Source: Myxococcota bacterium | GTDB lineage: Bacteria; Myxococcota; SpSt-1050 | Direction of reading: 5' to 3' | Length of the DNA stretch: 22,299 nt | NCBI GenBank assembly: GCA_049969675.1 | Contig: JBMFOP010000053.1 | Coordinates: 1 to 22,299, forward strand | Shown: in pieces, positions 9,331 through 16,828 of the stretch | Layout: every line of letters begins with the position of its first letter | How positions within the stretch are numbered: position 1 is the stretch's first letter | Program-made: the position numbers and the translations under genes | The notes under the pieces: generated by a model | What the model was told of the DNA's origin: nothing | The model's input: only the letters and a program-made list of their open reading frames with translations | Databases searched by the model: none

Positions 9331-9582
9331 ATGAAGAAGAGATTGACACATCTTATTTACGGAGAAGAAGGTCAGGGTATGACCGAATACATAATTATTG
9401 TGGCATTGATCGCCATTGCTGCAATAGGAGTTATTACTGTATTCGGGGATAATATCAGGGCGCTCTTTAAGGCATCAACAAATGCGCTGGCTGGCGACCA
9501 GAATGTAACTCCTGAGACCCGTCAGTTCACTGGCAGTGTAAAGAAGACCCTTAGGGATTTTTCAAAGAATAAGACCCAGTAA
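9331..9582 (+). CDS. flp: Flp family type IVb pilin
   Basis: Basic leader, then G|QGMTEYIIIVALIAIAAIGVITVFG (cleavage Gly, E+5/Y+6 Flp motif, hydrophobic helix). AGGAGGTG RBS before the ATG at 9331. Confidence 0.9.
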   Translation: MKKRLTHLIYGEEGQGMTEYIIIVALIAIAAIGVITVFGDNIRALFKASTNALAGDQNVTPETRQFTGSVKKTLRDFSKNKTQ

Positions 9583-9633
9583 TATATATCCTACTTCTTC
9601 ACATAATTGAAGGGTCTAAATCTACCTTTTGCT

Positions 9634-10341
9634 TTATTCCTTTCTACCAACTACGAGGATATTATTCGCCATCTCCTTAATATCTCCAATTGATAATAAA
9701 ATGGCAATTACAAATAGGATAGGGAGCAGAAGTATTTTAATTGGTAGTAACGAGTAATATAATAATGTCCTTTTAATTTCCTTATCTCTGTATAAATGAT
9801 GATTGAAGATATAAAGGGGTAGATGAAATAGGTGGGATGCGATTGTAAAGAATGCACCGCCGAGCATTATTATCTTTTCAATCTTAAATCCATTTTTATT
9901 TAAGACCTCTTTGATATAATAGCGTGTAAAGTTGTAATAATGTTCTGGTATATCGTGCGCAACCGATGTCTGAGGAATCAGAATAATAGCCTTCCCTCCC
10001 CTTTTTAGCACTCTATACATCTCACTTATAACTGCCTCTGGGTTTAAGGTGTGTTCAAGAAGGTGGATACAGAATATCGTATCAAACGAATCATTATCAA
10101 AGTCCAGTTTCTCTACATCGCCCTTTTTGAAATATACCCTCTCCCGTTTATCCTCTAAAATAGAAATTTCTCTCTTATCCACTATTGTGTATGTATTAAA
10201 TGTAATCTTTATTTTCAAAAAGTTTCTGTAAAATTCCCCTCCACCAATATCAAGAATATCTCCCTTTGTATTCTCTCTGATGGCTTTGAATAGCTCACTA
10301 TATGCCAGATTTCTAAAAAAATATAAAATTTGCTTTATCAT
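9634..10341 (-). CDS. Class I SAM-dependent methyltransferase (Methyltransf_11-like)
   Basis: ILDIGGG motif I, GDVEKLDFDNDSFDTIFCIHLLEH, EMYRVLKRGG. Confidence 0.88.
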   Translation of the reverse strand: MIKQILYFFRNLAYSELFKAIRENTKGDILDIGGGEFYRNFLKIKITFNTYTIVDKREISILEDKRERVYFKKGDVEKLDFDNDSFDTIFCIHLLEHTLNPEAVISEMYRVLKRGGKAIILIPQTSVAHDIPEHYYNFTRYYIKEVLNKNGFKIEKIIMLGGAFFTIASHLFHLPLYIFNHHLYRDKEIKRTLLYYSLLPIKILLLPILFVIAILLSIGDIKEMANNILVVGRKE

Positions 10342-10512
10342 TTGAGTATCTCTTACAATTACTTCTTATAAAATACTGCAATTATTAAGGCAAGACCAAA
10401 ATTCCTTCAGATTTATAGACCAGCCTAAAATTACACCTCTCCACAATAAATTTTGGGTAAAAGACTTTACGAGGCGTCGCTTCGCTCCACCATGTCAGTA
10501 ACCTTTTGTTTA

Positions 10513-10554
10513 TAGCCCATAGTCCACAGTCAATAGTCCATAGACTACAATCAA
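10513..10554 (+). repeat. Degenerate heptamer tandem repeat (consensus TAGTCCA, about 6 units)
   Basis: TAGCCCA TAGTCCA CAGTCAA TAGTCCA TAGACTA CAATCAA. Confidence 0.65.
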
Positions 10555-10712
10555 TTTTTATACTTCATCATACAATTTGTAAAAACTTTGGTGATTAAAT
10601 AGATTCTTATTTGTGTAGATAAAATACAACCTGTAATATCTTGAATAATTTATCGTAGCCTAAACAGTCTAATTGAGAATTCTTTTGTGCATTTTATGTA
10701 GTGACGAATGAT

Positions 10713-11867
10713 TTACTTTTTATTTTTCTCCCTTATATAAAATAGGTACCAGATGATGGTGCCTGCAACGAGCCCTATTAGATAACCGTTCTTAATATTT
10801 GCAGAGACGATTGCCACAAAAACTGTTATAAATAGATCACTCTCTTTTAACAGCATATCTTTAATTAACAAAATAAGCCCTACTCCTTCAAAGAGGAGTA
10901 TTGGACCGAGTACTGAAAATGGAAATATCTTGATTAGTTCTGTAGCCACATCTGAGAAGAAAAGCCCTATAATAAGATACATACTGCCGTAGATAATGAC
11001 CGAACCACCTGTTCGTGCTCCAAATGTATACTGTCCAACAAGACCTCCGGTACCATGACAGGTAGGGATTCCAGCAAAGAATGGATTGATAAGGTTCATT
11101 AATGAGTATGTAAGACCTATCTTCCTGATATCTACTCTTCTTTCGGGGAAGAGGTCCTCAATAGTTTTTTGTGTGGCTATTACCGAATTTGAGAGTGAGA
11201 GTGGTATCTGTGGTAGGGCAAGCAGTATAAGACCATCTATGATATTATCAAGTGTGATTGTATGAAATGTCGGCAGATGAAGGGCTACTCCTGAGGATAT
11301 CTTCTGGTAGTCTATATTGAATATTGAGGCATACAAAAGCCCCATACCTATCACAATTAGAGAGGCGGGATATTTTCTATTCCTGAAAAGAAGGATGATT
11401 ACAACAATTGCAACTATTGAAAGGGCGATATCAGCAGTGTTGTTTGAGATTATATATTTGTTTATTGAGACTGTTGCAAGTGAAATACCAAGGCCAGCCT
11501 GAACACCACGAATAGCGGGTTTGGGGATTATCTTTGCTAAAAGATTTAGAAGCCCGGAAATGGTGAGGAGAAGCATAATAATCCCAACAGATAATCCACC
11601 ACCATAGAGGATCTCAGCATTGACCTTCTGACTTAATACAATCACAGCCATCGCCTTGAGAGGTTGAACAGCCATCGGAATTCCATAGATAAGGCCGGTT
11701 ATCATCTGCATTATCCCGAACATTGTGAATGTAGAGGCAATATTCACATTCGTCGCAGAGATAATCCCAAGAATAAGTGGCAGATCAGTACCTATATCCC
11801 CGAAGGCGCCAGATAGTTCATTTCTGTCAAATCTGATTCTATTTCTTAAAATTGAGAATATCCTCAT
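10713..11867 (-). CDS. MOT1-family molybdate (sulfate/molybdate) transporter
   Basis: ELSGAFGDIGTDLP, PMAVQPLKA, PQIPLSLSNSVIA and PTCHGTGGLVGQYTFGARTG are MOT1-type motifs. Last gene of the Moco operon. Confidence 0.88.
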   Translation of the reverse strand: MRIFSILRNRIRFDRNELSGAFGDIGTDLPLILGIISATNVNIASTFTMFGIMQMITGLIYGIPMAVQPLKAMAVIVLSQKVNAEILYGGGLSVGIIMLLLTISGLLNLLAKIIPKPAIRGVQAGLGISLATVSINKYIISNNTADIALSIVAIVVIILLFRNRKYPASLIVIGMGLLYASIFNIDYQKISSGVALHLPTFHTITLDNIIDGLILLALPQIPLSLSNSVIATQKTIEDLFPERRVDIRKIGLTYSLMNLINPFFAGIPTCHGTGGLVGQYTFGARTGGSVIIYGSMYLIIGLFFSDVATELIKIFPFSVLGPILLFEGVGLILLIKDMLLKESDLFITVFVAIVSANIKNGYLIGLVAGTIIWYLFYIREKNKK

Positions 11868-12316
11868 CCTTTTGTCTCCGAATTGTTTATAATCCAGATA
11901 TTGTCACCAATCTTAATCTCACCACCTGAAATGACCTTCATAAAGATTCCCGATTCTGGCATAACACAAAATCCTACCTGTTTGAATATATTACATCTGG
12001 TGTGGCAGTCTTTCCCAATCTGTGTAACCTCCAGCAGGCAGTCATTTATTAAAATTCTCGTACCTATAACGATGTTTATATCACCGTTCATATCAGCAGT
12101 TATGTTTTCAGCAAAATCCCCAAAACCAATCTCAAGCCCTCTCTCCTTCATCCTTTTTATATCAGATTCAAAGAGCATACTTACCTGCCTGATTGAACTG
12201 CCGGCATGTGCATCTCCCTCAATTCCAAAGTTTTCAATCAACCTCGCACTCAATATCTGCCTCTTCTTCTCCCCCTTGTGTCGGCTGATATTGATTGAAA
12301 GGACCTTCCCTACCAT
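11864..12316 (-). CDS. MOSC domain protein
   Basis: GIEGDAHA..RQVS, GDFAENIT, LEVTQIGKDCH..C...CVMPESGIF. The start MVGKV at 12316 overlaps the moeA stop. Confidence 0.88.
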   Translation of the reverse strand: MVGKVLSINISRHKGEKKRQILSARLIENFGIEGDAHAGSSIRQVSMLFESDIKRMKERGLEIGFGDFAENITADMNGDINIVIGTRILINDCLLEVTQIGKDCHTRCNIFKQVGFCVMPESGIFMKVISGGEIKIGDNIWIINNSETKG

Positions 12317-13518
12317 AGTGGATAAATCCTTACACACTCACCTCTTTTATATGTCTGCTCCCCCTCCTCAGTGATAATCAGGCAATTTGCTGCTGATAGT
12401 CCGGACATCATATGTGAGCCCTGATTTACCACTGGCTCCACAATCAGTTTACCACCATCGCATCTATATATCCCCCTTAAGAATTCCGGTCTATCTCCCT
12501 TCTTTATAAATTCCTTTGCCACCATTGCCTCAAATGACCTGTGATAAGGCTCTTTAGACCCAAGCATCTTTCTGAGAGCAGGTAATACAAATAGAAATGA
12601 ACTCACAAAACTGCTTACTGGGTTCCCTGGAAGACCAAAGATGAGTTTATCTCTCTTTTTACCAAAGAAAACTGGCTTCCCCGGTTTCATCTTTACTCTA
12701 AAGAAATACTCTCTTACTCCCAATTTTTTGAGGACATCTTTTATGTAGTCTACATTGCCTACTGATACACCTCCAGAGATTAGAATCACCTCTGATTCTT
12801 TCAGTACCCTTGTGAGCAATGTATGTATCTCTCTATAATTATCTTTCACAATTCCATAATAGTTGACATCCAATTCATTCATCTGCAAAAGCACCGATAT
12901 AGAGTAGTAATTGGAATTGTAAATCTGAAAATCCTTTAATCTACTCCCGGGCTCCAGAAGTTCTGTGCCGGATGAGACAAATCCTATTTTCGGCTTCTTA
13001 AAAACCTTTATTCTTCTCAGCCCACACTGAGCGAGAAGTCCTATGATAGCAGGGGTTATGCGTTCCCCCATTTTCAGTATCTTTCTCCCCTCTTTTATCT
13101 CCTCTCCTCTGAATCTAATATTCTCCCCCTTTTTGACGGCTCTATAAACCAGTAAATAATTATCTTTAACATCTACCTCCTCCTTCATAACCACTGCATT
13201 GGCACCAGAAGGTATCTTTGATCCGGTAGAGATTACAATAGCCTCACCCCTTTGCAAACTTCTACTATATCTTTCACCTGTTCTGACCTCTCCCACTATC
13301 TTTAATCTAACAGGTTGATTTAAAGTGGCATTAATCGTATCCAGATAATTTATTGCATAACCATCCATTGCGGAGTTGTCAAACATAGGCAGATTTACAG
13401 GTGAGATTATATCCTCTGCGAGATATCTATTGATTGTATCCTCAATCAGGGCATATTCTTTTACAGAGAAGTCAGTATTATTTATTACAATATCAATCGC
13501 CTCATTATAAGATATCAT
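12310..13518 (-). CDS. moeA: Molybdopterin molybdotransferase MoeA
   Basis: PMFDNSAMDGYA, ISTGSKIPSGANAVV, SGTEL, ISGGVSVG, KPGKP, GLPGNPVS, QGSHM. The ATG at 13518 overlaps the upstream TGA. Confidence 0.95.
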   Translation of the reverse strand: MISYNEAIDIVINNTDFSVKEYALIEDTINRYLAEDIISPVNLPMFDNSAMDGYAINYLDTINATLNQPVRLKIVGEVRTGERYSRSLQRGEAIVISTGSKIPSGANAVVMKEEVDVKDNYLLVYRAVKKGENIRFRGEEIKEGRKILKMGERITPAIIGLLAQCGLRRIKVFKKPKIGFVSSGTELLEPGSRLKDFQIYNSNYYSISVLLQMNELDVNYYGIVKDNYREIHTLLTRVLKESEVILISGGVSVGNVDYIKDVLKKLGVREYFFRVKMKPGKPVFFGKKRDKLIFGLPGNPVSSFVSSFLFVLPALRKMLGSKEPYHRSFEAMVAKEFIKKGDRPEFLRGIYRCDGGKLIVEPVVNQGSHMMSGLSAANCLIITEEGEQTYKRGECVRIYPLW

Positions 13519-14426
13519 CAGTGTCCTCCCATCCATAGCATCTTGAAGGAGTGAAAAATACTCGGGAACAAAATATCAAGAGATTCCTTTACACCCTTCT
13601 TTGAGCCCGGCAGGTTTATGATTATGGTATTTCCTCTTATGCCCGCTATACCCCTTGAAAGCATTGAATAAGGTGTTCTCTGCTGCCCATAATCTCTGAT
13701 TGCCTCTGGTATCCCGGGGATCTCCCTTTCAATAATAGAAAGTGTGGCTTCAGGTGTATTATCTCTCGGGGAAAATCCGGTTCCACCAGTAGTAATGATT
13801 AAATCCAGCCTCTCTTTATCACACAGACTTTTTAGCCTCTCTTTGATCTCCTCCCTGTTATCTGGCATAATCTCATATCTTTTAACAATAACTCCATTGG
13901 CTTTTAATCTCTCAACTATCAATCTGCCTGATTCATCACCCTTCTTCCCCTGAGATATAGAATCTGACAGGACGAGCACAGCTGCCTTTAATCTCCTCTC
14001 TAAATCCGTTGTAAAATCTGTTTTCCCACCTCTCTTTTCAACCAGCCTGATCTCTTTTATTAACACCTTATCATCTATCATCTTCAGCATATCATATACA
14101 GTGAGTGCAGCAACACAGACAGATGTTAATGCCTCCATCTCAACACCAGTCTTATTGATGGATTTTACCTCGGATGTAATAGTGATATTATTGTTTTTAA
14201 TATCAAACTTCAGATTTACATAGTCAATAGAAATGTTATGACAATAAGGTATTATTTGTGAGACATTCTTGGCGGCGAGTGTCCCCGCAACTTTTGAGAC
14301 AGTAAAAACATCGCCTTTGGGCACAGAGTTTGATTTAATTGCCTTAATAGAACTTTTACTGACCTCTAATGTCGCCTCTGCGATGGCTGTTCTCAATGTA
14401 TTATATTTATGAGATATATCCAGCAT
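13518..14426 (-). CDS. moaCB: Bifunctional MoaC-MoaB/MogA fusion (cPMP synthase + MPT adenylyltransferase)
   Basis: N-terminal MLDISHK..KGDV..IIPYCH..TGVEMEAL..YDMLK..KRGGK (MoaC). C-terminal SD..DESG..TTGGTGFSPRDNTPEA..LSRGIAG..NLPGS (MoaB/MogA). Confidence 0.92.
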   Translation of the reverse strand: MLDISHKYNTLRTAIAEATLEVSKSSIKAIKSNSVPKGDVFTVSKVAGTLAAKNVSQIIPYCHNISIDYVNLKFDIKNNNITITSEVKSINKTGVEMEALTSVCVAALTVYDMLKMIDDKVLIKEIRLVEKRGGKTDFTTDLERRLKAAVLVLSDSISQGKKGDESGRLIVERLKANGVIVKRYEIMPDNREEIKERLKSLCDKERLDLIITTGGTGFSPRDNTPEATLSIIEREIPGIPEAIRDYGQQRTPYSMLSRGIAGIRGNTIIINLPGSKKGVKESLDILFPSIFHSFKMLWMGGH

Positions 14427-14427
14427 A

Positions 14428-15387
14428 TCAGCCTCCTATCTCTACCATTGCCCTTGATGAGATTATTTTGCCCTCAAATATAGACTGTATATCGGGTTTT
14501 CTGTCATTCTGTATGGTAAATTTACTTATCTGCTCTCTTGCATATTCAAATGAAGAGCCTTTTATAAGCCCAAGAATATCAATATAATTGTTGGAGAATA
14601 GACAGGTGGTAAGATAGCCATAGCAGTTGACTCTCACTTTATTGCATATATTACAGAATGGCTGTGTTATAGGCTTTATAAATCCAATCTGCCCCCTTAT
14701 ATCATCTCTGAAATATCTGCGGCTCACAATCTGATTTCCGTTTTCAGCATATACAAATCCGAATCTCTCCCTGAGGGCATCTTCAATTTTTTGAGAAGGG
14801 ACAAAGGCACCCTTTTGATAACTTTGAGTACAGAGAGGCATATATTCAATAAATCTCAGTTCCAGTTCCCGTATAGAGAGATATTTTACAATGTGCGGAA
14901 GTTCCTCAAAGATCTCCTCACCGTAAGCCACCATATTCAGTTTTACTTTAATGCCATTATCAAGTGCAGTATCTATTCCTTTCATTACATACTCAATATC
15001 TGTGCCAGTAATATATTTATATCTGTCCTTAAGAAGTGATGGGAGAGAGATATTAATTCGTCTCAGTCCCGCAGATGACAATAAAGGGCACACCCCCGCA
15101 AGCAATATCCCGTTTGTTGTGAGACCAATATCTTTTATCTCAGGAAACGATGAGATGATCCTGATGATATCTGATATATCATCTCTCAACAGTGGTTCAC
15201 CACCAGTAATCCTGAGCTTTCTGGTTCCAATTTTCACAAAAAAGTTGAGTATGGATTTGATATCAGAGGGAGTTATATATCCCTTCTTCCCTCTATCTGA
15301 TGTCCTTTGTGGCTTGCAGTAGAGACATCTGAGATTGCATCTATCTATTATAGATAATCTCAGATATTCAAATTTGCCAGACTTCAC
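14428..15387 (-). CDS. moaA: GTP 3',8-cyclase MoaA (radical SAM)
   Basis: YLRLSIIDRCNLRCLYC, RITGGEPLLR, TTNG, RFIEYMP, FCNICNKVRV..CLF and a C-terminal IGG. Probable GTG start at 15387 after the AAAGGAG RBS. Confidence 0.92.
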   Translation of the reverse strand: MKSGKFEYLRLSIIDRCNLRCLYCKPQRTSDRGKKGYITPSDIKSILNFFVKIGTRKLRITGGEPLLRDDISDIIRIISSFPEIKDIGLTTNGILLAGVCPLLSSAGLRRINISLPSLLKDRYKYITGTDIEYVMKGIDTALDNGIKVKLNMVAYGEEIFEELPHIVKYLSIRELELRFIEYMPLCTQSYQKGAFVPSQKIEDALRERFGFVYAENGNQIVSRRYFRDDIRGQIGFIKPITQPFCNICNKVRVNCYGYLTTCLFSNNYIDILGLIKGSSFEYAREQISKFTIQNDRKPDIQSIFEGKIISSRAMVEIGG

Positions 15388-15389
15388 AC

Positions 15390-15479
15390 AAACTCCTTTC
15401 CAAATACGGGAAGCATAGCCGTTTCCAGCCATACTCTATCGGTTGAGCACCATCTGACAGGTGACACAACTCGGAGTCT
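15390..15479 (-). ncRNA. Moco RNA motif riboswitch, P3-less (Tuco-like) variant
   Basis: Minus strand AGACTCC GA GTTGTGTCACCTGTCAGATGGTGCTCAAC CGATAGA GTATGGCTGGAAACGGCTATGC TTCCCGTATTTGGAA AGGAGTTT. P1 ACTCC/GGAGT sequesters the SD. P2, P4 with a GAAA loop and P5 CCCGTATTTGGAAAGG match the Moco RNA pattern. Directly upstream of moaA. Confidence 0.85.
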
Positions 15480-15690
15480 TATAGATACCTATATTAAAGC
15501 ACCTAACACCATAATGCAATCTAAATCTTCTATACTTTTTTGAATCAACCTCTTCTGAATGTATCTCTTTCTTAAAGAGTCTTATTGCCTTCCCCATACC
15601 GGATGCAACTTCTGGTATCCTGTTTGCACCGAATATAATAAGAACTATAACAAGGATAATTATAAGCTCCTGTATACCCAGCCCGAACAT
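15436..15690 (-). CDS. tatA: Twin-arginine translocase subunit TatA/E, with an atypical read-through C-terminal tail
   Basis: MFGLGIQELIIILVIVLIIFGANRIPEVASGMGKAIRLFKK is the classic TatA TM helix, FG hinge and amphipathic helix. GGAGGTG RBS. Confidence 0.88.
   Translation of the reverse strand: MFGLGIQELIIILVIVLIIFGANRIPEVASGMGKAIRLFKKEIHSEEVDSKKYRRFRLHYGVRCFNIGIYKTPSCVTCQMVLNR
15491..15519 (-). promoter_or_regulatory. Putative sigma70 promoter for the riboswitch-moa operon
   Basis: Minus strand TTGCAT-17 nt-TAATAT, ending about 11 nt before riboswitch P1. Confidence 0.5.
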
Positions 15691-15700
15691 ATTCACCTCC

Positions 15701-16807
15701 TCAGTATTTCCCAATTACATTTAATAAAATCTGATTCGTATCTTTTAGTTTTGAGTCTTCATATTTTTCATTTAGGTATTGGATAGCCATTCCTACCTTA
15801 CCATTAACAAAGTAATAATACGGGGCGATTATAAATCTGCTGGTACTATCATTTTCTTTCTTATCATCAGGGTCAAATGCCTCATATCTTACAAACAATC
15901 CAGTGTCATTTGAATCTAATAATGAGGCGAGCTTGATCTTTGCCCAGACTCCATATCCATTTCCTTCTATAGGACTGCTCCCTTCTGTGTCCTTTCCATC
16001 AAGAGTCCTGAGATACTGTCCAAGTATTGTAAGATATTCAAAGTCATATGATAGAGCAAGAATCTCTCTCTTTCTAACTCCTTCTGCCTCATTATTCAGT
16101 CCATCTATATCTGCCCTGCCATATCCATAATAGCCGTGCAGCATCAATCCCTTTGCATATTCAATAAATGGAAGGGGCCTTACGGATATTCTCAACATAT
16201 AGTCCTTATCTTTGGTTGTCTCAGGTGCATTGTAACCCTCTCCATTTACGATGGAGATATGCATATCACCGAAGTCCGCAGGAAATTTATATAGCAGGCT
16301 GATGCCTCTATCTGTGCTGCTTAATTTCTTTACTTTATCACTAAAAACAGGGCCAAGCCACCTCATACCAGAGAGGTGATCCTCATAACCGACCCACGGT
16401 ACATTGTGCTGACCAAATACGAGCCTTAAACCCTTAACAAATGGATTTTCAAACTCTATAAATGCATACTTTAAAAATTCACCATAAAATCCATTGTACT
16501 TTGAACCGGAGAGTTTGACTTCATTATCTTCCACGGAATATTTATCCTTTTTTGCAATGTCGCTTAGTTCAACAATATCTGTTGTGAGCTTGAAATTGAG
16601 GGAGAATTTACTCTCCTCATTTTTATAAAAGTTTCCGGATACACCAAAGTACGCCCTCCTGATATTGAAAGAATTGAGGTCTTTCTTCCCTTCAGTAAGA
16701 TCATAGGTAAAGTCTGAAAATACCTCCAGAGACGGTTTGATCTCCTGAGAGAATAAAATTGTCGGGATAAGGGCAAATAATACAAAAATGACACTCTTCT
16801 TAAACAT
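15701..16807 (-). CDS. Outer-membrane beta-barrel porin (anion-selective OprO/P-like)
   Basis: Sec signal peptide, FNIRRAYFGV, LKYAFIEF, FGQHNVPW, DRG, NGEG and FVRYEAFDPD. Amphipathic strands and a terminal aromatic residue. Confidence 0.72.
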   Translation of the reverse strand: MFKKSVIFVLFALIPTILFSQEIKPSLEVFSDFTYDLTEGKKDLNSFNIRRAYFGVSGNFYKNEESKFSLNFKLTTDIVELSDIAKKDKYSVEDNEVKLSGSKYNGFYGEFLKYAFIEFENPFVKGLRLVFGQHNVPWVGYEDHLSGMRWLGPVFSDKVKKLSSTDRGISLLYKFPADFGDMHISIVNGEGYNAPETTKDKDYMLRISVRPLPFIEYAKGLMLHGYYGYGRADIDGLNNEAEGVRKREILALSYDFEYLTILGQYLRTLDGKDTEGSSPIEGNGYGVWAKIKLASLLDSNDTGLFVRYEAFDPDDKKENDSTSRFIIAPYYYFVNGKVGMAIQYLNEKYEDSKLKDTNQILLNVIGKY

Positions 16808-16828
16808 AAAATACCTCCTTAAAAAATT

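Noticed and set aside
10513..10554. CRISPR array
   Set aside because: Only 7-nt tandem units with no spacers, and no cas genes in the window.
15479..15500. TATA-rich dyad resembling a ModE box near the moa promoter
   Set aside because: Lacks the flanking CG/CGAT bases of the ModE consensus, and no modE gene is in the window.
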